A stretch of DNA of 27,257 bases from an uncultured archaeon. GTDB lineage: Archaea > Asgardarchaeota > Lokiarchaeia > Sigyniarchaeales > SOKP01. Below the pieces are notes generated by a model. It saw nothing but the letters and a program-made list of their open reading frames with translations. It had not been told where the DNA came from and did no database searches. Within the stretch, counting starts at the first letter, position 1. Every line of letters starts with the position of its first letter. Positions 1 through 8,990 of this stretch are shown in pieces. Position numbers and translations under genes: made by a program. The DNA lies in contig CAZALK010000023.1 in NCBI GenBank assembly GCA_964486045.1, forward strand, positions 38,231 through 65,487. The letters run 5' to 3'.

Positions 1-100
1 TAGATATAGATGCTGAAGTTGACATGGATATAGATGCTGAAGTTGACGTAGATATAGATGCTGACATGGATGTAGAAATGGAGGTTGAAGTTGATTCAGA
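1..100 (+). repeat. 24-bp coding tandem repeat (gatatagatgctgaagttgacRtR) encoding an Asp/Glu-rich tract
   Basis: Two near-exact units and further degenerate units are visible. Confidence 0.85.
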
Positions 101-557
101 TGCAATATCCACAATTACTCCTGCGCCTATCATGCTCTTGTTTTCGACTGCATTTTTAGTTTATGGGATTTCGAGTTTATCAATTTATTTTCTCATAAGA
201 GCAGATTTAAGATTTATTGTCTTTTTTGCTGCTCCTGCAATTTCTTTCTTATCTATAAAATTTATTAATTTAATATGGAAAATGCTCGCAAAATCACGCT
301 ATTATAGAATTTCTTCAACTAAGAACTTGATAGGAATTGAAGGAGAAGTAATTTTGCAAGTGGATAGAAGAGGTGGGGTACTTAAAGTTCCATCAAGAAC
401 TCCTATGAAGTTTGAACGATTACATGTTAAACCCGTAATAGAAGATTCAATTTTTGAAAGAGGAGCTCGAGTTTTTGTATGTGATGTAAAGAATGGATTT
501 TTATTGGTAGATAATAAGAGAAAATCAATCAGAAAGAGGAGTTATGTAAAAAAGTAA
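3..557 (+). CDS. NfeD/YqiJ-like membrane protein with acidic repeat linker and C-terminal OB-fold; 5'-truncated by the window edge
   Basis: Frame is open back to position 3. DIDAEVD repeats, two hydrophobic segments, then 'LIGIEGEVILQVDRRGGVLKV...ERGARVFV' typical of the NfeD C-terminal domain. Lies directly upstream of an SPFH gene. Confidence 0.8.
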   Translation, partial: DIDAEVDMDIDAEVDVDIDADMDVEMEVEVDSDAISTITPAPIMLLFSTAFLVYGISSLSIYFLIRADLRFIVFFAAPAISFLSIKFINLIWKMLAKSRYYRISSTKNLIGIEGEVILQVDRRGGVLKVPSRTPMKFERLHVKPVIEDSIFERGARVFVCDVKNGFLLVDNKRKSIRKRSYVKK

Positions 558-671
558 TTTAATTCATTTATTTTAGTGATTTTATGGTAAATTATAGAAA
601 TTTAAAAAAAATTAAAAAAAATTAAAAAAAAATAAATAAAAATTTAAAAAGTAGGAGGTTTTGTAAAAAAA

Positions 672-1844
672 TTGATATTTCAAGAATTTAATCCTTTATT
701 TATAGGGATTGGAGTCACAGTAGGGATAGTTGTGTTTCTATTCGTTATCCTTCTCGCAGCTAGATATCGAAAATTCAAAACAAACCAGTTTGTAATACAT
801 TTACGTAATGGTAAAGTCAAGCATGCGGGATTGGGAGGAAGCATATTTTTACTTCCATTAATAGATGATTATATTGTAATCCCAACTACAAGTATCCAAA
901 CTGTGGTTGAAGCACATGAGCAAGTAGTTTCAAGAGAGTATCAAAATATTGAAATTGAAGGTTTGCTGATTTGGAAGGTCATTGATCCAGAAAAAGCGTT
1001 TAGCGCCGTCTCATGGAAGATGAGAGATGAAAACTATGTTGAAAAAATATTAAAAGGTGCAGCAGAAGCGATTATTCGTACAACTTGTGCTAACATGCCA
1101 TTGGAAAAGATTATTAGAGAAAGAAGAGAGATAATTGATCCTATTGAGAAAGATTTACATGAATTAACAGCTGATTGGGGAGTTGTCATTGAATCTTTAG
1201 AAATTATAGAGGTAATAATAGTAGAACCGGAGTTAAAAAAGAATATGGAGGCTTCTAAACAGGCTGAAGAATTCAAAAAAGCTAGGATTGCTAAGGCTGA
1301 AGCCGAAAGAGCGTCTAAATTAAGAGAATTAGAAGTAAAAAATGAAGTAGGAATTCAAGAACAATCTGTTGATAGGGAGATTGAATTACTGAGAAAAGAA
1401 AAGGAAATTGCGATTGCTCATCAAGAAAGAGAACGTAAATTAATTGAAGCTGATGGTGAAAGACAGAAAAAAATTATCGAGGCTGATGCCGAAGCCCAAC
1501 AAATTAAGCGAAAGTTAATCGCTCAAGCAGAAGGTGAGGCAGAAAATATTAAGCAACAGATGCTTGCTCAAGCGGAAGGTTTTAAAAAACAAGTAGAAGC
1601 TATGGGTAGTGCTGACGAGCGATTTTTAGCTGTACAATTAACAAACATTTTACCTGAAATATTCAAACACATAAAACCAGACAAAATGTTCATTATGGGA
1701 GACGGTAACGAAGTATTCTCTTCACTTTCAAAAGCGATAATGCCATTTTTACAACTATTGCCGGAATATTCTGATAAAATTAAAGATTTCTTTAATAATG
1801 GTGGAACCGAAAAACTAAAAGAGATTTTGGTTAAGAAGAAATAG
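672..1844 (+). CDS. SPFH/band 7 (flotillin-like) membrane protein
   Basis: N-terminal TM, SPFH core (IEGLLIWKVIDPEKA, IIRTTCANMPLEKII, DWGVVIESLEI), Ala/Glu-rich coiled coil. SD AGGAGGT at 653-659 before a TTG start. Confidence 0.92.
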   Translation: MIFQEFNPLFIGIGVTVGIVVFLFVILLAARYRKFKTNQFVIHLRNGKVKHAGLGGSIFLLPLIDDYIVIPTTSIQTVVEAHEQVVSREYQNIEIEGLLIWKVIDPEKAFSAVSWKMRDENYVEKILKGAAEAIIRTTCANMPLEKIIRERREIIDPIEKDLHELTADWGVVIESLEIIEVIIVEPELKKNMEASKQAEEFKKARIAKAEAERASKLRELEVKNEVGIQEQSVDREIELLRKEKEIAIAHQERERKLIEADGERQKKIIEADAEAQQIKRKLIAQAEGEAENIKQQMLAQAEGFKKQVEAMGSADERFLAVQLTNILPEIFKHIKPDKMFIMGDGNEVFSSLSKAIMPFLQLLPEYSDKIKDFFNNGGTEKLKEILVKKK

Positions 1845-1900
1845 GTTTCGTTTCTCGTAGATGAACGTAACCAACCATTTATTAATATTTTTTTATTTTA
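1844..1900 (+). terminator. Possible terminator (imperfect hairpin followed by T-rich tract)
   Basis: GGTTtCGTT...AACGtAACC just after the SPFH stop, followed by T runs. Confidence 0.35.
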
Positions 1901-1937
1901 CTATTTAAAAATTAAATAAGAGGAATTAAGAAGAACA

Positions 1938-2828
1938 ATGTCAGATATAGAAAGAATGCTAATTGAAGGAAATTTGCGTTTTTATTTGAAGATTACTCAG
2001 GATATAGAAAATATAGAAATTAAAAGTAAACTGCCTAAATATCCAGTACTGATTCTTACTTGTATGGATCCAAGGATTGATATTCATCGGATTTTTCAGT
2101 TGGATCCGGGGGATGTGTTTGTTATAAGAAATGCGGGTAATCTTTGTAATCAAGACAGTTTAAGATCTACCCTACTTACTATTTATCAGTATGCTATTAA
2201 ATATATTATAATTTTGGGTCATGTAGATTGCGGTATGACAAAAATTAATTTATTAGAATTAAAAAAAAATGTTCCGCATGAATTTCTTCCCTATACATCA
2301 AAAAATGCTTTAGATCTCTTTGCAGAGACTAAAGATTTTTTTCAACCGTTTAAAGATGAATTGAGAAATATTAAGCAACAAATAGAAGCTTTACATAAAT
2401 TATACGTACATAAACCAGAAATTAAAATCTTAGGGTTGCTCTATGATGTAGAAACTGGATGGGTTTTTGAGTATGATAGATTAAAAGAACTTGCTACTAT
2501 GGAGAATTTTAGAGAGCATTATAAAACAATATTAAGAGAGAAACAATACCAGTTCATTGATTTTTTAGAAACGATTGAAGATGAAATTATTAATACTGAA
2601 GATTTAGACAAAATGAAACGGGAAAAAGAATCAAATGAAGCGGAGGAAATGTTTATCGATACTGGATTAAATAAAAATAATGAGGTTCCAACCGACATTC
2701 AAAATCAAGACCTCAACATTCCTACATTTTTAACTCAAATTCAAGTTCCAAAAATTAATTTTCATGGAGTTAAAATACATATACCTAAAATATTTAGAAA
2801 GAGAAATGAAATTAATGATGAAACCTAA
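1938..2828 (+). CDS. Beta-class carbonic anhydrase with C-terminal extension
   Basis: Zn-binding motifs TCMDPR and GHVDCG, plus RNAGN and GLLYDVETG. Confidence 0.9.
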   Translation: MSDIERMLIEGNLRFYLKITQDIENIEIKSKLPKYPVLILTCMDPRIDIHRIFQLDPGDVFVIRNAGNLCNQDSLRSTLLTIYQYAIKYIIILGHVDCGMTKINLLELKKNVPHEFLPYTSKNALDLFAETKDFFQPFKDELRNIKQQIEALHKLYVHKPEIKILGLLYDVETGWVFEYDRLKELATMENFREHYKTILREKQYQFIDFLETIEDEIINTEDLDKMKREKESNEAEEMFIDTGLNKNNEVPTDIQNQDLNIPTFLTQIQVPKINFHGVKIHIPKIFRKRNEINDET

Positions 2829-2858
2829 ACTAATACCTGCTGGTTGGGGAAAGAGTAT

Positions 2859-3110
2859 ATGACGGTAGAAATTAAAGATAGGCTAACTATAACTAATCTT
2901 AAATCAATTAGATATTGTGGAAATTGTAAAGGAGAATATAAGTTTGAAAAATTTATTCAAAAATATTCTAAATCACATTCTGATTTCATGACAAATTTGT
3001 GGCAAAATCCAAAGATAAGATTTTATTGTCCCTATTGCTATTTATTAGAAATAATTAAATCAATAAATAAAAAAAAAAGAAGTTATTGTTTTAATTCTAA
3101 AATCCGATAA
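2859..3110 (+). CDS. Small CxxC...CxxC zinc-binding hypothetical protein
   Basis: CGNC and CPYC pairs. ATG at 2859 is preferred over TTG at 2844. Confidence 0.6.
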   Translation: MTVEIKDRLTITNLKSIRYCGNCKGEYKFEKFIQKYSKSHSDFMTNLWQNPKIRFYCPYCYLLEIIKSINKKKRSYCFNSKIR

Positions 3111-3795
3111 TGATAAGGATAAATGCAATCATTATGACAGTTCCGCCAATTCCTGAATAAAACGGTGAGACGTAGGTGAAAATTACAAAACCGATTGTTA
3201 ATACCACCCACCAATTATATGGAATCTTTATATCAATCTTATCTAATACCAATATGATTAATATAACTCCAAATATAATTCCAAAGACTGCACCGACAAT
3301 AGTTATAACAGCAGTATAGAGGAGGAAGATCATAATTGATTCATAAATAGCAAAGGCAGCACCGGAAAAAGCAATGAATTTAGAAGCAACTAAATCTCTC
3401 TTTTGTACATTAATTACGAGCTCAGCTACGCCAGCAAGTGCAACTACAACACCACCAAGGTATGGTTTAGGGGCTTGAAATGTAGTGAAAAAAGCGAGTA
3501 CGATTAATAATATGCCCAAGATGGCTAATATCCACCACAGATAAGGGATTTTAACCGGGGATAAGTCAATAAAAGCCACCATTATGAATATAACTAGAGC
3601 TAATATTATACTAACTAAACCATATATCAGATTAAAAATCCCTCCTAATCCTGCAGTTGAATAGATCACAAAATTAGTCATGGATTCTCCGCATAATATT
3701 AACACGCCAATGAAGGCTGCTACTTTCGATCCCGAAAGTTCTTCTGTTGATGCTGTTGATGCTGAAGATGCTGAAGATGTTTCTGTTTCTCCCAT
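3097..3795 (-). CDS. Multi-pass membrane protein made of two homologous halves
   Basis: Repeated motifs SKVAAFIG..ES / SKFIAFSG..ES and VKIPYLWW / IKIPYNWW. SD-like AGTGAT upstream. Confidence 0.8.
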   Translation of the reverse strand: MGETETSSASSASTASTEELSGSKVAAFIGVLILCGESMTNFVIYSTAGLGGIFNLIYGLVSIILALVIFIMVAFIDLSPVKIPYLWWILAILGILLIVLAFFTTFQAPKPYLGGVVVALAGVAELVINVQKRDLVASKFIAFSGAAFAIYESIMIFLLYTAVITIVGAVFGIIFGVILIILVLDKIDIKIPYNWWVVLTIGFVIFTYVSPFYSGIGGTVIMIAFILIIIGF

Positions 3796-4246
3796 TTTTA
3801 GATCACTTATTTTATTTTTTTAATTATTTAGTTTTTATATTTAATTTTAAATTTAAATTAGGTAAAGATGTGATTCTAAGGTATTTAAATGTTTAGTATT
3901 AATATTATTAAGTTTAATTTTTCAGCTATGGGATTTCCCCATTGAAAAGCTTTTCCTTAATTCAAGAATAGAAAATATGAAGTTTTAAAGGGTTTTAACA
4001 ATCGAGTTCCTTTGAGTTAAATTTTCTTGTAGTCATATATTATGAAACTTCTTACTTTGAAAGTTTCTAGTTGGAGAAAGGGTTACATAATGTTTAAAGA
4101 TAAATTTGGCGTAATGTCGGTTCTCAGATGTTTAAAACATGCAAATTAATTTAACACCGGAAACTTGTTTTTCTTTGTAGTCAAAAATAAGTAAATTTTT
4201 TAGCACTTTATTTTTATACTAACAATTAAAGGGGGATAATAAGTGA

Positions 4247-5161
4247 TCAGTCAAATGCCGAAAGAATCTCCTCATCAATAACTTCAAACAGTTTGGGTTT
4301 GGATGGTACACCCCCTAACATGATTTCCTCGGCACCTGCGTCTATATATTGCTGGATACGGTCTATTATGAAGTGTGCCGACCCATACAGTCCCCAGTCA
4401 CCACGAGTCTTGCGAAGTCCAGCAGCTTTTTTCTCATCATTTTCAAGACGGAAGGGTATCAGCACAGTTTTCTGGATTTCATTAAAATCCCGGCCAAATT
4501 TTTCACAATGATGCTCAATCACTTCCAGCTTATGTTTAAATAATTCTGGAGATCCCGGAAGATTTAAATCAATATTACAGATATCACCAAATTTCGCTAG
4601 TGTACGCAGTGTTCGTTTCTCTCCGTTTCCACCAACCATAATTGGTACGTGTGGTTTCTGTGTACAGGCTGGTGAAAAATATCCCCTATTAAGCTTATAA
4701 TAATGGCCATTATAATCGACAGGTCCTTCCGTAGTAAATAACATTTTGATCAACTCGACTGCTTCTTCTAGACGATCACATCTCTCTTGAACATCTGGAA
4801 ACTCCCAGCCAAAGGCTTCATGCTCTTGCTTGTACCACGATGCACCAATACCAAGGATAAGACGACCATTAGAGATTTGGTCCACTGTGGCTGCCATCTT
4901 GGCGAGAAGCGCCGGATTTCTGTATGTATTGCCTGAGACGAGTATACCCAACCGCAAACGGTTGGTGACGGCAGCAGTAGCGGTAATCATTGACCAACTC
5001 TCTAGAGAAGCTCCAGACTCTAGATTTGCTCCCGGTACTGGTGGCAAGAAATGGTCTGAGAACCAGAGACTGTGCCAACGGCCTGCTTCAATTGTTTTAA
5101 TAGTTGAGAGTGTTTCTTCCCATGTGGTAAAATAATTTACTAATTGTGCCCCAAATTTCAT
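4247..5161 (-). CDS. LLM-class (luciferase-like) F420-dependent oxidoreductase
   Basis: WFSDHF, RLGILVSGNTYRNPALLAKMAATVDQISNGRLILGIGASW, PIMVGGNGEKRTL. Confidence 0.93.
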   Translation of the reverse strand: MKFGAQLVNYFTTWEETLSTIKTIEAGRWHSLWFSDHFLPPVPGANLESGASLESWSMITATAAVTNRLRLGILVSGNTYRNPALLAKMAATVDQISNGRLILGIGASWYKQEHEAFGWEFPDVQERCDRLEEAVELIKMLFTTEGPVDYNGHYYKLNRGYFSPACTQKPHVPIMVGGNGEKRTLRTLAKFGDICNIDLNLPGSPELFKHKLEVIEHHCEKFGRDFNEIQKTVLIPFRLENDEKKAAGLRKTRGDWGLYGSAHFIIDRIQQYIDAGAEEIMLGGVPSKPKLFEVIDEEILSAFD

Positions 5162-5376
5162 ACAAATTCCACTTTTTAATTATTATCTAGCTGATTAATA
5201 TTAAATTATAAAATTAAAAGAAAAAGTGTTTTTAAAATTTCTTAATGGGGATTTAGGAATATCTTTTGAATAGGCAAAATAGAATCACAAATCTGAAAAT
5301 CAAAATACTTAAAATATTTCGGTAAATTCTAATTAGTAGAATTTTATCATAATTTACATCTCTTTAGTGAAAATCT

Positions 5377-6060
5377 ATGATTGAATACATATTTTTAGTT
5401 ATTTTTTTTATTGTAGCCTTAATCGAATTATTTGGTGAATTCAAAGAAAACGATAAGATTATCTATATTACTAAGCCATTTCTGATGCCTCTATTGATGT
5501 TGTTTTATATTTTTGGAGTCATCGAAACAAGTTCAATAACTCGAGTTGATTGGCTAATTATTGTTGCGTTAATTGGTGGGATGGGTGGAGATATATTTTT
5601 GATGCTTAAGGATGAAGATAAATGGTTTTTACCAGGAATGATTTCTTTTTTAATAAACCAAATATTTTATATACTATCTTTCTTCTTATCAATCACCGAT
5701 TCTACGGCATTAAATTTATGGGGCTTATTTTTAATAGCACCAGCACTCTTAATACTTGTTTTTACGGTACCAAGATTCATTAAAAATACTGGAAACATGA
5801 GAATCCCAGTTTTAGTATATATGGGAGCAATCCTAGTAATGCATATCTCTGCTTTATTGCGGATAGGAGATTCAAGACTTCAAGGTTTACCATTTGTATT
5901 GATCTTCATCGGCTCTCTGTCTTTTACTTTTTCTGATGCTTTACTAGCTACTAATAAATGGGCAGGAGAGTTTAAAAATGCTAGGGTTATCATCATAACG
6001 ACTTATATCTTGGCTCAATTTTACATCGTTTTGGGCGCTTTGCTTACCAGTTTGCTGTAA
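5377..6060 (+). CDS. YhhN/TMEM86 lysoplasmalogenase-family membrane protein
   Basis: TKPFLMPLL, GDIFLM, GMISFL, FSDALLA, TYILAQ motifs. Confidence 0.88.
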   Translation: MIEYIFLVIFFIVALIELFGEFKENDKIIYITKPFLMPLLMLFYIFGVIETSSITRVDWLIIVALIGGMGGDIFLMLKDEDKWFLPGMISFLINQIFYILSFFLSITDSTALNLWGLFLIAPALLILVFTVPRFIKNTGNMRIPVLVYMGAILVMHISALLRIGDSRLQGLPFVLIFIGSLSFTFSDALLATNKWAGEFKNARVIIITTYILAQFYIVLGALLTSLL

Positions 6061-6203
6061 TAAATTATTAAATTATTTAATCTTATTTTTTTTTGTTTAG
6101 AATAAAAATAATGGGGAATCCGGTAAAACTTTGAAATAATAAAGTTGTAAAAAAATTTTTAATTTAACAATAATTACTTCGTATGTTAGATAATTAATTT
6201 GAT

Positions 6204-6305
6204 GCCTCGGTGGCTTAGCGGTATATGATATTAAATATAATAATATCAATCGAATGCGTTGCCTTGGTAAGGCAAAGGTCGCGGGTTCAAATCCCGCCCG
6301 AGGCT
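6204..6305 (+). tRNA. tRNA-Thr(GGT) with ~30-nt intron in the D-arm (about 6225-6255)
   Basis: Acceptor GCCTCGG/CCGAGGC, anticodon arm TTGCC-TTGGTAA-GGCAA, T arm GCGGG-TTCAAAT-CCCGC. The intron forms hairpin TGATATTA/TAATATCA with a CGGT/ATCG BHB-like helix. Confidence 0.9.
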
Positions 6306-6316
6306 TCAACATAATT

Positions 6317-6435
6317 GCCGGTGTGGCTTAGTTGGTTATAGCGCCAGACTCACTCTCATGCTGAATAAATGGGTCAGACTGAAGGTGCTGGACTCATAAT
6401 CTGGAGGTTCGAGGGCTCAAATCCCTCCACCGGCA
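6317..6435 (+). tRNA. Elongator tRNA-Met(CAT) with 44-nt intron in the 5' part of the anticodon arm
   Basis: Acceptor GCCGGTG/CACCGGC. Removing 44 nt gives CCAGA-CTCATAA-TCTGG. T stem GAGGG/CCCTC. G1C2C3 fits elongator Met rather than initiator Met or Ile2. Confidence 0.82.
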
Positions 6436-6461
6436 CTCTTTTTGTATCAAGGGGAATTTTA

Positions 6462-7105
6462 TTAAAAATCGAATTCACCATTTCTAATTAAAGTTTTAGT
6501 GAAACCATTTCTATAAGTAACATTTATGGTTGGTTTATAGAATAAAAAATCTCTGTGGGTTCTTGATCTGTTCTGCCCACCCTCCATTTCTTCATTATTA
6601 TCGAATGCTATATGTGCATGCAGGGTTGAGCATCGCACAAAAATCACATTGAACAGGATATCATCGTTTTTTATCCCAGACATTAAGCCAAGCATTATAT
6701 CCGTCATTATATTTGCTAATAATCTTTTGAAGGTCATCATACACTTTCAAAGTTTTCTCTAATATTATAGCTCTACAAGCATCAATAATATCAGGACGTC
6801 GTTTCATAGTCAGTATTATTTCTCTTGCACCAAGAAAAGAAGAGAAAACGTCTAAAATTCCCCCCAAATCTGTCATCGAGACTTGATATTTATTCTGACT
6901 GTTCAAAATTAGTGAAAACTTCGTCTATAGCATCTGGATTTTTGGCTAATTTAAAATTGATAAAAATAAGATCATAGAGTTCAGCAATTGAACCTTCATT
7001 TCGAGGAAAATAATATGAGATGACGGGACGATCAATTATTTCATGGTCCCACCAAGCTTCTAGTCTATTTTTTGCATCATCAATATCTTCCTTTAGAACG
7101 TCCAT
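6462..7105 (-). pseudogene. Fragmented URO-D / MtaA-CmuA methyltransferase-like gene
   Basis: Pieces in different frames: RLEAWWDHEIIDRP, MTDLGGILDVFSSFLG, and KR*YPVQCDFCAMLNP with an in-frame TGA at 6661-6663. Much shorter than an intact family member. Confidence 0.7.
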
Positions 7106-7201
7106 TTAGAAACCTTTTTTATAACGGCGTATTAATTTGTTTCAGTATAATCCTTCTAATTAAATAATATTTTTTAATTCAGAATCCTAAGTTTAATTGT
7201 T

Positions 7202-8761
7202 ATGGAAAGATTTAATTCAGAAAAAATTTCAGCTGAAGATGTGACGATTGCTGATAATAACGCTCAATGGCTAGGAATTCCTTTAATTCACCTAATGGAA
7301 TGTGCGGGATACAGCATCGCAGATGAAATTGTTAAAAGATATAGCTTAGGTGATAAATCAACTGTTGCCATTTTTTGCGGAACTGGGAATAATGGTGGAG
7401 ACGGATTTGTGGTAGCGAGACAATTGGCAGCATTCAATGTTAGATCTACAGTAATACTTGTTGGATCTCCTGAAAAAATAAGAAGCCATGCTTCTCGATT
7501 TAATTGGGAATTGATAACGAATCATATTAACTATTTAGTAGAAACCATAGTAGTACATGATTCCACTGATATTAAAAAATTGAAATTATTGAATGTAAAC
7601 AAGAGTAAGCTGAATTTAATTGTCGATGGACTGCTAGGAACAGGAATAAGTGGGAAAATCAGAGAACCTATTTCTTCATCAATAGATGCGATAAATAGAT
7701 TAAACACAGAAAACAAAATTGAAGTTGTATCAATCGACTTGCCTTCAGGTATGAATCCAAACACAGGTGAGGTTCTTCATAAAGCAGTAATTGCAGATTT
7801 GGTTATAGCATTACATCGAATTAAGAAAGGATTAGACATAAAGAGCAAATATATAAAAGAAATAGTGCTAAGATCAATTGGAATCCCTATTGAAGCGGAT
7901 ATGTTTTTAGGAAAAGGGGATGTTATTCCTACAATAAAAAATAGAAAAAATAATAATTATAAAGGTCAATTTGGTAGAATGCTTGTAATAGGTGGGTCTA
8001 AGAATTATTCTGGAGCCCCCGCATATACCTCCTTAACTGGTATTAATTTTGGCATAGATTTAGTCATTACATATGTTCCAGAAGTAATAGGTGATGTTTT
8101 GAGAAGTTATTCCCCTAACATGATAGTAAGGACAAACTCTGGCAACTGGCTAAATATGAAAGCTTTTGAAGAGATCTCAGTGTTAATTGATTGGGCGAAT
8201 GTGATTGTAATAGGTCCAGGACTAGGGTTACAAAAAGAGACAGAAGAGTTGCTAATTGAACTTTTAGGTAAACTTCGACAAGAAAAAAAAGCATTCGTAC
8301 TTGACGCAGATGCTTTAAAATTAGTTAAAAACCATCTTGAATTATTAAAGGGTCAGAGAGTTATTGTAACACCTCATGCGGGAGAGCTAAAAATAATGAC
8401 AGATATTGATTTACCTGGGTATAATCTAATCGAAAAACGTAGAACTGAAATTCTGAAGTTAGCAAAGAAATTAAATATAACTCTCCTTATAAAAGGACCT
8501 TATGATTATATAAGTGATGGTAAAAATATAAAGATTAACCGCACAGGATGTCCAGAAATGTCGATTGGCGGCACTGGTGATGTCTTAGCTGGAATTTGTG
8601 CTTGTTTTTTGGCTACTGATAACACTCAATACCAATCAGCCTGTTCTGGCGCCTTTATTAATGGAATTATTGGAGAGTTTTGCAAAGAGAATATAGGATT
8701 ACGTTTTACGGCGATGGATATGATTGACAATATGAATCGGGCTATTAAAAACCTACTTTAA
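7202..8761 (+). CDS. nnr: Bifunctional NAD(P)H-hydrate epimerase/dehydratase
   Basis: LMECAG, GTGNNGGDGFV, VDGLLGTG, SIDLPSG (YjeF_N); GGSKNYSGAP, IGPGLG, LDADAL, TPHAGE, GGTGDVLAG (YjeF_C). Confidence 0.95.
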   Translation: MERFNSEKISAEDVTIADNNAQWLGIPLIHLMECAGYSIADEIVKRYSLGDKSTVAIFCGTGNNGGDGFVVARQLAAFNVRSTVILVGSPEKIRSHASRFNWELITNHINYLVETIVVHDSTDIKKLKLLNVNKSKLNLIVDGLLGTGISGKIREPISSSIDAINRLNTENKIEVVSIDLPSGMNPNTGEVLHKAVIADLVIALHRIKKGLDIKSKYIKEIVLRSIGIPIEADMFLGKGDVIPTIKNRKNNNYKGQFGRMLVIGGSKNYSGAPAYTSLTGINFGIDLVITYVPEVIGDVLRSYSPNMIVRTNSGNWLNMKAFEEISVLIDWANVIVIGPGLGLQKETEELLIELLGKLRQEKKAFVLDADALKLVKNHLELLKGQRVIVTPHAGELKIMTDIDLPGYNLIEKRRTEILKLAKKLNITLLIKGPYDYISDGKNIKINRTGCPEMSIGGTGDVLAGICACFLATDNTQYQSACSGAFINGIIGEFCKENIGLRFTAMDMIDNMNRAIKNLL

Positions 8762-8990
8762 GTTTAGTAGTCCAAAAAAAGTTATAATTTTTGACAACAA
8801 GTTAAGAGACATCAGAACGTGTTTATATTTTTTGATAAAAATTTATTAATTTCAAATTTATAATATTATTAAATTGTAATTTTGATAACTAAGTTAAGGT
8901 TCTTGAATTATTTATTTTGTGAAACAATATCAAATTAAAATATTTCATTTTACAAAATACTACTAGTAAAAAAAACAGAGGGGATAGAAA

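Noticed and set aside
6097-6312. 71-aa minus-strand ORF
   Set aside because: It is the antisense shadow of tRNA-Thr.
6661-6663. In-frame TGA as selenocysteine or recoding
   Set aside because: The gene also has frameshifts and deletions, other genes here use TGA as stop, and no SECIS-like hairpin was recognised. A TGG>TGA nonsense change is simpler.
6317-7105. tRNA-targeted island starting at tRNA-Met or tRNA-Thr
   Set aside because: No duplicated tRNA 3' end was found elsewhere in the window.
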